Below, in pieces: positions 19,034 to 29,453 of a stretch of 64,000 nucleotides of DNA. A model generated the notes under the pieces. That model was not told where the DNA came from. It did no database searches and was given only the letters and a program-made list of their open reading frames with translations. Source of the stretch: a virus. Within the stretch, counting starts at the first letter, position 1. Every line of letters starts with the position of its first letter. Location: the IMG/VR virus record IMGVR_UViG_3300024259_000016, positions 1 through 64,000 of that record. One strand, given 5' to 3'. Position numbers and translations under genes: made by a program.

Positions 19034-19727
19034 CGTAGCCCCCAGCCTCGGACCACCCCCTCAGGAAGTAAGCAGGTCCCCCATCCCCTACACCAGGACA
19101 CTCAGCCATGAACGATTGGAGCAGCGCCACACCCCCGATCACAGGGGAGTACACCCCTGTCTGGAGATCCACAGCGGACCCATCGGCCGGCGGATTCACA
19201 TAATCAGGAGGCACCCCTTCAGGCGGTTGTACAGCAAGTTGCTCCCGATCCATCTCAGATCCCTCTTCGTCTCCATCCCCCAAAAGAGGCTCACGGAAGC
19301 CATCAGGTCCAACCAGAACGGCTTGTTTAGCTAGCCCCAGTGCCCCGACACACATATCCACAAAAGCTTCGCCACTGTCCTTAGTCAGTTCCCCTCCTGC
19401 GTCAAGCTCAGGTTGCTCAGCAGGTTTGTCGCCGGTGAAGTAGGGCACCACTCGCTCGAGCCCAGTGTAACCTCCCTTCTTCTGGCAGGTGGCCAGCTCC
19501 TCAAGAGCATCTCCCAACCCAGGCCCTGCGCCAATAAACGGGGAGGTCCTTGAGCTCTGAGCTCCCTTGGTCCCCAGGGCTCGAATGTTCCAGCACTTGT
19601 GGCCCTGCATCCAGTCTACAGAGATCGAGTCTCCACCGTTGCAGTCCACCAGATAGGCACCCACCCGGTTCAGCAGCTCCACCTCGGCCGCCCCAAGTAC
19701 CAGTTCCTGCTCTTGCTGATCACTCAT
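18921..19727 (-). CDS. Hypothetical protein
   Basis: Likely start MSDQQEQ at 19727, divergent from the terminase pair. Confidence 0.5.
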   Translation of the reverse strand: MSDQQEQELVLGAAEVELLNRVGAYLVDCNGGDSISVDWMQGHKCWNIRALGTKGAQSSRTSPFIGAGPGLGDALEELATCQKKGGYTGLERVVPYFTGDKPAEQPELDAGGELTKDSGEAFVDMCVGALGLAKQAVLVGPDGFREPLLGDGDEEGSEMDREQLAVQPPEGVPPDYVNPPADGSAVDLQTGVYSPVIGGVALLQSFMAECPGVGDGGPAYFLRGWSEAGGYDESGDHSGWCSVGDIWVSSESLPPTTPKELASASKKD

Positions 19728-19776
19728 GATTCCGTTATCCTCCACAGGGAATACTAATTTCCACAGGTGCATTGAA

Positions 19777-21222
19777 ATGAGTCTGTCTGGACCCGATAAA
19801 CCCAACCCCCTCCTCGACCATCCCCCCCAACCCCCCCGTCAGGAACCGGATGCCCCGGTCGATCCGGTGGCCATGGAGAATTACGTCCAGGCCCTGCTCG
19901 GCCACGACGGCTCTCTCCCCTCCACCAAGGACTTCAAGGCCTGCGTTCCCACCCACAAGCGCAGGGACGCCCGCATCTCCTGGGGCACCATGTGGGAGCG
20001 TACCTTCCCGAAGATCACCAACGTCACCAAGACCATCCTCAGGACAGCTCCGCACCGCTGCACCCACAAACACTGGACCGCTGTCCTCGGTGCCGCCCTG
20101 TACCTCGATAACCAAGGCAAGCCTGTCACCACAGCCGCGGTCAACCATCACGCCCGGGAGCTGTACCCCGAGGACTGGCGCCCCCCCAGGACCAAAGCAT
20201 CCTGGACCAACAAGGCAGCTCTCATCCTCGAAGAGGGTTTGTGGCATCTCGGCCTCCCACCTGTCAGGGTCATCCTTCATCAGTATCCGGCTGCCATGAT
20301 CCCAGCCAACGAGATTGCCAAGAGCGCATCGAAGCTTCTCGACGACGCACTGAGGCTCACCAAGTCGACTGGCCTTGGCATACCGCCCGAACCATCCGAG
20401 CCAGGAGATGGTGCCACAAGTGGCACACAAGTCAACCATAAACTCACACAAGATACCCAAGAACTCACCCCCCCAGAGGACCCGGCGCAGGCCATCGCCC
20501 ATCAAGCCCGGACCATGTCCTTGCTCCCTCGAGAACACTTTCTCAAGATGGCCACCGGCGCCGCGGCCGACTCCAAGGCCCGGCAGCTCGCCGCCTCTGA
20601 GACCACCCTCGAAATCGTCTCCAAGCTTGGGGACCTCTTGACCGGCCACCTGCTCACCATCTACCAGAAGGCCATCACGGAACCTGACTACTTTGAGGTC
20701 CCCGAGAAGATGACCACCGGGCACATGGAGAAGCTCGCCAAGACGGCTGCCGCCCTCCAGTCGGCTACTGCCAGCGCGGTCCAGACTTCCCGTCAGATTG
20801 CTGGCGAGCCTACCAAGTCCATCCTGCATGGGCTCATCTACATCGCATCCTCGATGACCCCGGCCGAGAAGGTCTACTACCGAGAGACAGGCGACCTCCC
20901 TGCCCGTCTCCTCACAGGTGGCTCTCCCGACACCCACCCCGGCGCCGAGGACTTCGACCCGGGCGTCACCCAGCTTCCCAGCGGCGCACCTACCATCGTC
21001 GACATCCCCAACACCCCATCCCCGGAGGACGACCCCAGCTTCACGGCCAGGCCCACCGACCCAGACTATGTTACCCAGCTCGCTGCCCATGCCCTCCGAA
21101 CACCGGAGGACCAAGACCCAGTGCATCAGGCCGCACTGGCCGCGTCCCCCATCGTGCCCCAGACACCAGAGGAGGAAGAGATCCTGACCTCCCCGTCGGT
21201 CCTCGACCGATTCAAGAAGTAG
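19777..21222 (+). CDS. Hypothetical protein, candidate terminase small subunit/packaging partner
   Basis: Long ORF with C-ending codon bias, immediately upstream of and co-directional with TerL; helical core, acidic/Pro tail. Confidence 0.5.
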   Translation: MSLSGPDKPNPLLDHPPQPPRQEPDAPVDPVAMENYVQALLGHDGSLPSTKDFKACVPTHKRRDARISWGTMWERTFPKITNVTKTILRTAPHRCTHKHWTAVLGAALYLDNQGKPVTTAAVNHHARELYPEDWRPPRTKASWTNKAALILEEGLWHLGLPPVRVILHQYPAAMIPANEIAKSASKLLDDALRLTKSTGLGIPPEPSEPGDGATSGTQVNHKLTQDTQELTPPEDPAQAIAHQARTMSLLPREHFLKMATGAAADSKARQLAASETTLEIVSKLGDLLTGHLLTIYQKAITEPDYFEVPEKMTTGHMEKLAKTAAALQSATASAVQTSRQIAGEPTKSILHGLIYIASSMTPAEKVYYRETGDLPARLLTGGSPDTHPGAEDFDPGVTQLPSGAPTIVDIPNTPSPEDDPSFTARPTDPDYVTQLAAHALRTPEDQDPVHQAALAASPIVPQTPEEEEILTSPSVLDRFKK

Positions 21223-21229
21223 GCCCACC

Positions 21230-23245
21230 ATGGAAACTACTACAATCCTGGAAGCCGCCCCGGACCTCGGCACCTTCACGCCCCTACCAGATCCCAACGA
21301 TATCCCTTGGTCACAGCGTGCACATGATCCTACAGCTGGCGGCCGGCTCCCCCACCCCAGTGCGGCACTCAAAGAGAGCATCGCCCAGGACCCCGACGCT
21401 GAGCTCATCCTCAAGGCAGCCCTCGACCTGCAGCACCGAATCGAGCTGGCTCGTCGCTCCCCCCTCCATCTCCTCATGCTTTGCTTCAGGCAGCCCAACG
21501 GAGCCGAGCTCTTCGTCCCCTCCTTCTATCTGGAATGGGATAAAGCCACCAGGACAGAGGGCCGCATCCTCTTTGAGGCCCCCCGTGGCGTAGGAAAGTC
21601 CGCCTTCATGATCGCCGCGGCCTTGTGGGCCATCGGTAACAATCAGAACATCCGCATCAAGTGGATCGGCCCCTCCGACGGTAACGCCCAGAAGAGGCTC
21701 GCCGTCATCCACGAGGTCTTGGATAACCCCAACCACATCTACCACCTGATCTTCCCCGGCATCGAGAAGACACCCAAGTCCTCCAAGCGGAAGAACAACC
21801 AGTCCCAGCTCAACCTGAAACGTACCCTCGACTCCCCCGACCCGACCATCGAAGCTCTCGGCGTCATGTCCTCCGGCGTCGGTGGCCGCTCCGAGATCCA
21901 GATCTGGGATGACTATGTCTCGGAATCGAACACTATCCTCAACCCAGCCATGCGCCCCAAGGTCCTGTCCAAGATGCAGAAGGACCACCTGGGTACCCTC
22001 CTCCCAAAAGGCGTCGTCTGGAACGTCTTTACGCCCTGGTCGCAGGATGACGCCAATGCCTACTTCAAGGAAAACACCTCCTGGAAGCTCCTCCGCCACC
22101 CTCACGGGATAGACGGGGACCCGTACCATTCCATCTTCCCGCAGCTCTGGCCTTCCCACAGGCTCAGGGAACGTCGTGCCGACATGGGCGAGCATGGTTA
22201 TGCTGCAGCCTACCTGCTCCGTCCCAGCGCCGCGGGCGTCATTCCCATCCTCCCGCAGCACCTCCGCCTGTTCGACAGAGCCATCCTCAACCAGGCCAAG
22301 ATTCTGGCCGGCGACACCCGCGTCATCATCACCATCGACCCGGCCCGTGGAGAAGAACTGGACAAGGGCGCCCTGTGCCCTGTCGGTATCAGCATCCAGA
22401 TGTATGTACCGAGAACACTGCCGGGGGACTCCCCTTCGGGGAGCACCCCGCGGGTAGTAGACCCTACCTCGGACAATCCCGACAACGACGAGGAGCTTTC
22501 CTTCAAGGGACTCCCCTTCGAGATCTTCCAGATCGATGCCTTCGAGTGCTACCTGTCGACCGCCGACCAGCCGAACCTCATCTGGCACCTGGCTAACCTC
22601 TACGGCGCCCACTACATCCTGGTCGAACGGGAAGCCTTAGCCGACCTGCACACCTGGCTCGAGCAGCGGCGTCACACCCTACTCAGACAAGCAGGAATAG
22701 ACCCGGCCAAGCTCCCTGTCAAGAAAGGCATCGGCGCAGAGGTCGTCCCGGTCAGCTCAGACAACCTATCCAAAGGGCAGCGGCTCCTCTCGATCACCCC
22801 ATACCTCCACCTCCCTGAGGCAAGCCCAGGTGTCCCGGCCCCCCCGGTCATGTACTTCCACCCTCGGTGCATCAGGCCCCGCCCCGAGATGGAGCTCCTC
22901 CATGTCCCCAACTACAGGTCCATCGAGGTCAAACGAGATCTCCGGGAACAGACACTCTCTTTCCCCGCCAAGTACAAGGACATCATCGATGCCGTCGTCC
23001 ATGGCGTACGTTGGATAGTTCGTTCCCTCGTCGGCCGAGACCCTTACGGACTGTTCGTCGAGAAGGATCAAGAGCAGGGCCCCCTCCAAGTGATTTCTTT
23101 GTCTCTTCGAGACAAAGAACGAGACGAACCAGGGTCAGGCGCCAGGGCCAAGCTCAAGCCAGGCTCGTCCGACAACCCAGACCCCGAACCCAATCCCTTC
23201 AAGAAGCGACACCGCCGCAAGGTCAAACCACCCGGCTTCCGCTAG
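21230..23245 (+). CDS. terL: Terminase large subunit
   Basis: Walker A APRGVGKS, GGRS..IWDD, TPW..DD, LWP, nuclease IDPA, KGQR, DIIDA. Confidence 0.85.
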   Translation: METTTILEAAPDLGTFTPLPDPNDIPWSQRAHDPTAGGRLPHPSAALKESIAQDPDAELILKAALDLQHRIELARRSPLHLLMLCFRQPNGAELFVPSFYLEWDKATRTEGRILFEAPRGVGKSAFMIAAALWAIGNNQNIRIKWIGPSDGNAQKRLAVIHEVLDNPNHIYHLIFPGIEKTPKSSKRKNNQSQLNLKRTLDSPDPTIEALGVMSSGVGGRSEIQIWDDYVSESNTILNPAMRPKVLSKMQKDHLGTLLPKGVVWNVFTPWSQDDANAYFKENTSWKLLRHPHGIDGDPYHSIFPQLWPSHRLRERRADMGEHGYAAAYLLRPSAAGVIPILPQHLRLFDRAILNQAKILAGDTRVIITIDPARGEELDKGALCPVGISIQMYVPRTLPGDSPSGSTPRVVDPTSDNPDNDEELSFKGLPFEIFQIDAFECYLSTADQPNLIWHLANLYGAHYILVEREALADLHTWLEQRRHTLLRQAGIDPAKLPVKKGIGAEVVPVSSDNLSKGQRLLSITPYLHLPEASPGVPAPPVMYFHPRCIRPRPEMELLHVPNYRSIEVKRDLREQTLSFPAKYKDIIDAVVHGVRWIVRSLVGRDPYGLFVEKDQEQGPLQVISLSLRDKERDEPGSGARAKLKPGSSDNPDPEPNPFKKRHRRKVKPPGFR

Positions 23246-23266
23246 CTCAAGTAATGGCTTGAAGCA

Positions 23267-23710
23267 TCACCCAACATTCTTCAGCAATCGAGCAAGCTCA
23301 ATGACCTCTCCATCTTGTCCGTAGGCATAGATGGTGAACGACAACACCATCTCCCCGCCGAGGAGGGCGGTGTCGTCGTTTTCATACCTCACTACCATCC
23401 ATTCGGGAGGGTTACCAGGATCGGGGGGGCTACCTGATCCAAGTTTCAGTTCAGTCGGACCGTGCCCAAGAGACATCAGGTACTCGGCGCACTCCTCTGG
23501 CGTGTCGAAATGTTTCCACCCCCAGGTCTGGGCCTGATTCCGGTCGGCTTCGTCATCCCTATCCCCAATGTGGCTCCAGAGGACATAGAGCTTCGAGGCT
23601 GAAAAGTCACCCCCCTTTGGGGGTGGATCAGCCAGTCCCTCTTCGGAGATGTCTGCAAGGGCTTGCAGGCGTTCTTCCTCCAGACCTTCGTAGTAGATAT
23701 GAATCAGCAT
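23267..23710 (-). CDS. Hypothetical protein
   Basis: 147 aa ORF, AGGGG SD; converges on terL. Confidence 0.55.
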   Translation of the reverse strand: MLIHIYYEGLEEERLQALADISEEGLADPPPKGGDFSASKLYVLWSHIGDRDDEADRNQAQTWGWKHFDTPEECAEYLMSLGHGPTELKLGSGSPPDPGNPPEWMVVRYENDDTALLGGEMVLSFTIYAYGQDGEVIELARLLKNVG

Positions 23711-23778
23711 GGGTACCCCTTGCTAAAGGTTGAGTGGTGGATGGTCACATCAGGCAGACCCGGCACGTTGTTTTCCCG

Positions 23779-24819
23779 CTACTGATCTCGGAAGTTCCAT
23801 CCCAACTTATTTGATAGAAACTCCCGACGCTTGTTTTTTCCCCCAGGTGAGGCATCGGGACGCCAGCTCCCTTGTAGTTTAGCCCCCAAACCCATAGCTG
23901 CCGTTACCTCATAAAGTCCTAATTTATCCATACCGTAATGGTATTGTGATGGATGTGTCTGTTCCAGAATCTGGAAACGACCCCCGGACCCACAAGGTTT
24001 TTCGAGGTGGGCTCCGAAGCAGCACCACATGCATCCAGTTCTTCTCACCCCCATTTCCCCTTCATAGCAATCTGCTATCTGCAGCCGCTCTCGCCGAATA
24101 TAATTCCAGATGTCTTGTTCAGTCCAGAAGGATAGAGGTCGGCCGACGGGGCCACCACGAACTGTCCCTTCATACATGTTGCAACCAAAACGAACCATCG
24201 AAGATCGTCGGGCTCGGGAATCTCCAACCATTGTCCCGACCATGGGGCGGAGATTTCCGAGCTTCTTCTGTGCCCGTTGCATAGGTTCAACCTTGAGTAT
24301 GTAGCAACACTTTTCACTAACCTTAAATGGGGCGGATGCCAATCCCCAGAACTTGCGAGGGACACCGTATTGTTTGGCTCTCCCCTCGGCCAGGGGTTTG
24401 CCACCATTGAGAATTACTTTCGCCCGTTCGGTTCGTCCAGCAATCCAGTGTCTACTGGCATAACGGATCTTCTCGGCATGTTGTTTACTCACAACAGGAT
24501 ACCCTTCATCAATGAGAACACGACGGAATGGTTTCGAGGGACGAACGGTAAAGATGTTGTCAGTCTGCTCGACTTGTCTCACCACCTCAGGGAACTCAAC
24601 TCCGGTATCCCCGAAGATGCCCAACACACTCGGGTACGTCTTTCGGACAATATCCAGCAAAACCGTGGAGTCTTTTCCCCCACTGTACGAAACGCAGATT
24701 TTGTCCCCCCAATGCCTATGCCACAACCAGATTCGTTCCATGGTGGCTGCAACCTTTTGTGACAAAGGGAGATCAATCATCTCTTTGAGCAGCCACCGAC
24801 GATCATCCTCGCGACTCAT
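23779..24819 (-). CDS. PAPS reductase-family (PP-loop) protein
   Basis: SYSGGKDS, DTGVEFPE, CC, PLSFWTEQDIW, RTGCMWC; visibly AT-richer than its flanks. Confidence 0.85.
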   Translation of the reverse strand: MSREDDRRWLLKEMIDLPLSQKVAATMERIWLWHRHWGDKICVSYSGGKDSTVLLDIVRKTYPSVLGIFGDTGVEFPEVVRQVEQTDNIFTVRPSKPFRRVLIDEGYPVVSKQHAEKIRYASRHWIAGRTERAKVILNGGKPLAEGRAKQYGVPRKFWGLASAPFKVSEKCCYILKVEPMQRAQKKLGNLRPMVGTMVGDSRARRSSMVRFGCNMYEGTVRGGPVGRPLSFWTEQDIWNYIRRERLQIADCYEGEMGVRRTGCMWCCFGAHLEKPCGSGGRFQILEQTHPSQYHYGMDKLGLYEVTAAMGLGAKLQGSWRPDASPGGKNKRREFLSNKLGWNFRDQ

Positions 24820-26278
24820 CTACTTAGACCTACCAACAGGCTGCAGCGCAACCACCCGGCCCTGACTCATCGATACCTCCACCCGATTCAAAGCCCCAAA
24901 CATAGGTCCATCAGGATCCACGGGCTGGTAGGACAAGAACTCCAAGGCCCGATTCAGGACGGCTTCAACAGCATCCATGTCGGCACCCTCCGGCACAGAC
25001 ACCTCCAAGTTGATCGTCGCCAGGTACTCATCTCGAAGTTCCATCAGCTACTCCTCCTCGAATCCAATCAACAAGATAGACAACACGCTCCGCCCCATCG
25101 CGGACAAGGTATCCCCGTCGAGTAACCCCATGTGCAGGAGCTTCGTCTGGGTCCCTATAGAAGGCTGGCTTAGGTGTGTCGGCCGATGCCACCACAGCAC
25201 AGCCTTACGCTGAGCATCCGTCAGATTCCAGGCTACCCGACCCTCTTTGTTGTAGTTCAAGAGCCAGCACCCCTCCCCAGCTCTACTAACCTGAATCCCA
25301 ATAGTCTCCAGCTGCCGAAGCATGTCAGGCAACTTCATCTTTACCTGGACATCCTCTCTGAACCGGGGATGTAGCTCGAGGATAGGTTGGTTGCCCCCCT
25401 TCATAGGATTACCCCGGACAACAAACACCCCCGAGTCAGCAAGCCCCAACTTCTTCAGGATGAACCGTAGCTTCCCAGCAGTAAGTTCTTTCATCAGCGC
25501 ATCAACCTATACGTCCGGATCTTGTCGGTCAGTTCCCCAAGAGGGACATCCGGAGCCTGCCCAACGGAGCCGGCCGCGGCAGCCACAAATAATGCTGTCT
25601 CGATCATAGTAGCAATCAACAATCTCCATACATACACCAGGTCCTTGACCCGATCGATCTCTGCGACCTTCAACCTAAAATCTCTATCCACGATTCAGTT
25701 TCTCCAAGAACTCCAACCCGCAGGCTGCAGTGGCTTCAGTGATTCCTACCCTTGTGGTAGCCAAATGGAGTCCATCAGGAAACTCTGGACATACAGGTAC
25801 CGAGATTTCGCACCTCCAGGTCTTGTCTTCTCCATCAGCAGACCCCCCGAGGATCCTCACACACCCCCCATACTGAATCCGGATCTGATTCAGAACATCT
25901 TCCCCCACGGGCATGACTGTATCTACTTCTCTAGGGATAGGTGGTCTTTCCCTAACCATCCTGGTTCTCTCTTTCCAGGAGTCTCAGACCTGCAGCTGTA
26001 GGCCTAAACAGGCGGCCATCTGGAGTGCCACGTTCCAGATTCCCTGCAGCTTCGGCGGCCATTGCCTCCTCAAAGAGCCATGCAGCATCACAGATGATTC
26101 CTCTCAGGCAGTGACGCACAATGCCCGAGTAGTCTCGATCCCTCTTTCGGGGGTGGTCGAAACAGATGTAAGAACCGTTGGCACGTTGGCGCATGTAACC
26201 TTGAATAGCCTCGTTGTGATACCTCTCCCCACAGATATCACAATCTTCGCGGCGACTGTTGCTATCGTCGAGGTCCAT
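24820..26278 (-). CDS. Five small coupled hypothetical genes (26278-25952, 25959-25684, 25691-25494, 25494-25048, 25044-24820)
   Basis: Abutting or overlapping start/stop junctions on the same strand. Confidence 0.55.
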
Positions 26279-27852
26279 TATTTGCTACCGTCGTCCGTGG
26301 CCACCCTCCAGGTCTTGAAGCCGGCCTTAACCATCCGGCGGGCAAGTTCATCCCCACCAGCACCACGCCCGATCAGGTCGACGAACTGCTTCGGGCTGAC
26401 CGTCAGGATGGTCGAAGGCGCTTCGGCCTCTCGGCCAGCGATGACCTGGATGTCAGGCCGATCAGCATCCAGCCCCACCTCGTAGGTGTCCTCATCCAGG
26501 AAGTGCTTCTGGAACCAGTCGGCCAGGTCGCCGTTCAACACCACCTTCTTCGGCTCGGCAGGACTCCCCTTGCCCTTGACTGCATTGAACAAAAAGCCCT
26601 TGTGCTCTTCGGAGTCGGACACCTGAGCCAGCAGCTTCTCATCCTTGATGGCCTTGAAGTTCCCCTCAGCCGAGTGCGCCGGCACAGTCACCGTCACCGC
26701 CCGCAACACACCCGTCTCGGCCACCCCGCCGAGCAACTTGATCTTGCTCGACTTGAACCCCAAGAAGTCGGCCAGCGTGAGATCCTTGAAGGCCCCCTGA
26801 CGAACCCCGTCGAGCACCTTCCACACCCGCTCCTGCACCTGCTCCAGCTTCACCCCCTCCACCATCTGGGCCTCAGCCACTTCCCCCTCAGCCTCGATGA
26901 GGTCGTCCACCGCTGCGGCCACATCCCCATCCTTAATTGAGAGAAGTTGTTTACGCCGATCGATTAAATGCTCCATTTTTATTCCTCCTCCTTTTGCAGT
27001 TGTTTGCCAGTCTGGCCAGAAAACCTGACCGTTCCGATTAGGATAAGCTCTCCGTTCTGGACCTCCGTTGAGGAGGAGATCTTCCTGATGAGTTTTTCCA
27101 TGTATGAAGTTCTCAAGAGTAGGCCTCTTCAGTCCGTGCTTCTCGCACATCTCCTGTTTGTAATCGGAAAACACCCACCAGTCTCTTCTCGGGACACTGG
27201 GGCCAAGAAGCCCTCTCTCTTGGATAGGAGCACAGCCCGCCCGGATCTCTCTGACAACACCCAAAGGTATGCCTGATTTTCTTCCCCCCCTCCCATCCTC
27301 CGCCATTTGCTTCGAGTTCGCCTGGTAGGTCCCTAAATAAAGATGGCTGGGTCGACAACACTTTCTGTTGTTGCATAAGTGACATACAAGGAATTTTGGT
27401 CTGACTGGTCCATAAGAAAGAACCCAGACCATTCGGGATGCAGCAGTGGCTAGACTCTGAGATTTTCCAGCTTGGCTCCCGGGATAACGGACACCTACTG
27501 TAAAGCTCCCATACCCTTGCCTCTGGATAAGACTTCCCGTCCATTCCCAGCAAGAGGTGTCTATCCGTTCTGAGTGGGGCTCTCGCTCCGTACATGATAC
27601 TCGACTCCAGAGGCGGTTCTCTAGCCGGTATGGGAAGAGGAGATGTTCACGAAGATTGGCTACCCCCTCTTCCGATTCCAGTACGGACTGCCGCACTTGG
27701 CGCATCGTACGGGTGTCTCCGGTTTCCGTGGGAACCATGAGTGGCCGCACCGCTCGCATGTGCATGAGGGCAGTACGATCTGCTCGCCTGGCTTCGGATT
27801 CTGATGGGATGACTTTTTGGACTTGTCCGCTTTCATCTTTGATTTTCTCCAT
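26278..27852 (-). CDS. HNH endonuclease-like protein fused in frame to a downstream hypothetical protein (internal start 26976)
   Basis: CWEWTG, GYG, CHLCNNRKCCRPSHL...N; AGGAGGAGG SD before M293. Confidence 0.8.
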   Translation of the reverse strand: MEKIKDESGQVQKVIPSESEARRADRTALMHMRAVRPLMVPTETGDTRTMRQVRQSVLESEEGVANLREHLLFPYRLENRLWSRVSCTEREPHSERIDTSCWEWTGSLIQRQGYGSFTVGVRYPGSQAGKSQSLATAASRMVWVLSYGPVRPKFLVCHLCNNRKCCRPSHLYLGTYQANSKQMAEDGRGGRKSGIPLGVVREIRAGCAPIQERGLLGPSVPRRDWWVFSDYKQEMCEKHGLKRPTLENFIHGKTHQEDLLLNGGPERRAYPNRNGQVFWPDWQTTAKGGGIKMEHLIDRRKQLLSIKDGDVAAAVDDLIEAEGEVAEAQMVEGVKLEQVQERVWKVLDGVRQGAFKDLTLADFLGFKSSKIKLLGGVAETGVLRAVTVTVPAHSAEGNFKAIKDEKLLAQVSDSEEHKGFLFNAVKGKGSPAEPKKVVLNGDLADWFQKHFLDEDTYEVGLDADRPDIQVIAGREAEAPSTILTVSPKQFVDLIGRGAGGDELARRMVKAGFKTWRVATDDGSK

Positions 27853-27901
27853 GCACCCTACTGTGCAGTAGACTGTAACAGTTTGTCAATTCAATTTCCC
27901 T

Positions 27902-28609
27902 TTAGTGGCGAAGGAATGCCACCCGCAACGGTAGGTCAGTCCCCTCACTCTTGACCAAGGAATTCATATGGAAACACCTCCTGCAACCATGGCACCCCCG
28001 CTCGGGGGGGACGTTCCGTTGGTTCGGTACATGCAGGATCTGCTTGAGGCAGTTGTTCATCTCATCCCCGACACCAGGTGTCACTCCGCAGATGTCGGCG
28101 CACAGAGGCCACCCTACCTTCTCCCAAGGGTCTCCAGTCTCAGCATCAGTCGACGCCCAGATCCACAGGCCTCCGTCCCCTATCTCGACAGCCTCCACCC
28201 AGGCATCTATCCACTTCCGGCCCAGGCGCCAGGTCCTCGAGTAGGCATAGCAAACTAGGTCAACCCCAAAGTCTTCCCTTATTGCCCGAATAGCTAATGC
28301 CAAAGCGAGGAGATACTCTATACAGAAGAAATCTCCCGAGGAGTGTATTCGCACAGGTCCAGCTCCAGCCATAAGGAGCTCCCTGGTCAGACGTCGTGCC
28401 AACCCGTCAGTTCCTCCCGCATCAAGTTCTTCCTGGAGTTCCCTCAAGTTCCTGACGTGCGCTTTCCTAACGTGCTCGTAGCGAAAATTCCCTTTGCAAC
28501 CATAACAAATGGATCTACAAGACTCCGTCGAGCCGGGGCAAGAAAGGATAGCAGGGAGGTTCAGGGTCCAGATCCCACCAAGTGACTTATTGATCGTAAG
28601 AAGGCTCAT
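27902..28609 (-). CDS. Gp88-like (radical-SAM-related) phage protein
   Basis: LNLPA..SCPG...CRSICY, VRIHSSGDFF, YSR, CHGCRRC. Confidence 0.75.
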   Translation of the reverse strand: MSLLTINKSLGGIWTLNLPAILSCPGSTESCRSICYGCKGNFRYEHVRKAHVRNLRELQEELDAGGTDGLARRLTRELLMAGAGPVRIHSSGDFFCIEYLLALALAIRAIREDFGVDLVCYAYSRTWRLGRKWIDAWVEAVEIGDGGLWIWASTDAETGDPWEKVGWPLCADICGVTPGVGDEMNNCLKQILHVPNQRNVPPERGCHGCRRCFHMNSLVKSEGTDLPLRVAFLRH

Positions 28610-29418
28610 TATCTGGTCTTCTTCCGAACAGGCCAGCCAATTGCCCCATACCGACCTGGGTATGCACTACGGCTAGGGGGCCCACCGGCCACCAGGTCAT
28701 GCTGATAGGTGTTACCCCTGATGATATTGGTGACAGACATCCTTGATGCCCCCGTCTCCTGCATGACTTGCAGAATTAATTCTAACTCTGGGCTAGATCG
28801 TAAAGGTGCTCCGGGGCCAAGGAGACCCCTTTTGTAGAGACCATCTGCTCTCTTTCGGATGTTTCGTACCTGGGCACGACTGAACAGGTACCGAGCTTCA
28901 AACATCGGGAATCTTCCGTCCCTTACTGCATGCAGATTATTCACCCTGGCGGAACCGGCATAGATGTGGCTTGGACGGACACAGGGTTTGTTGTTGCATT
29001 CATGGCAGATGAAAAGCCCTTTTGGGATGGGGCCAAAAGATAGCGCCCAAGACATCCTATGAGCCAATACAGACTTAACCTTCGTCAGTGAAAAGTGGCC
29101 GTAGCCCGTTGCCATCAGTGCACCTGTCCAATGCCAACAACCCCCTTTACTCCGCTGAGGTTGCACCCTGGCCCAGAAACGAACCTCGAGTCTGTAGGGA
29201 TGGAGGAGGTGTTCTCGGATGGCATCTAACCCCTCTTCCGATTCCAGTACGGGCTTTTGCATTTTGCGCAGCGCAGAGGGACTCCCTCTTTCCTGGGGTG
29301 CCAACGGTGGCCGCACACTTTGCATGTGAACGATGGCAGCTTGATCTGCGGCTTCCGCTTCGTTTTTGGTTGGCCTGACTTCTTCGATTTGTCCGCTTCC
29401 ATTTGCTTTCCTTATCAT
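28609..29418 (-). CDS. HNH endonuclease-like protein, paralog of 26278-27852
   Basis: CWHWTG, GYG, AHRMSW, CHECNNKPCVRPSH...N; shared N-terminus; HTH-like C-terminus (ETGASRMSVTNIIRG). Confidence 0.85.
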   Translation of the reverse strand: MIRKANGSGQIEEVRPTKNEAEAADQAAIVHMQSVRPPLAPQERGSPSALRKMQKPVLESEEGLDAIREHLLHPYRLEVRFWARVQPQRSKGGCWHWTGALMATGYGHFSLTKVKSVLAHRMSWALSFGPIPKGLFICHECNNKPCVRPSHIYAGSARVNNLHAVRDGRFPMFEARYLFSRAQVRNIRKRADGLYKRGLLGPGAPLRSSPELELILQVMQETGASRMSVTNIIRGNTYQHDLVAGGPPSRSAYPGRYGAIGWPVRKKTR

Positions 29419-29420
29419 TC

Positions 29421-29453
29421 CTCTGGTGTACACCAGAGTGTACACTCTGTCAA
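29421..29453 (-). promoter_or_regulatory. Sigma70-like promoter with two overlapping perfect palindromes
   Basis: TTGACA-17 nt-TACACC; CTCTGGTGTACACCAGAG (29421-29438) and CAGAGTGTACACTCTG (29434-29449). Confidence 0.65.

Noticed and set aside
19735-22612. Long minus-strand ORFs (587 aa, 433 aa) opposite the terminase pair
   Set aside because: Antisense shadows of GC-biased genes with no motifs; the same applies to most plus-strand ORFs in 1-51 kb
23779-24819. dndC phosphorothioation system or true cysH
   Set aside because: No dnd/ssp partners or sulfate assimilation genes; only a family-level call is supported
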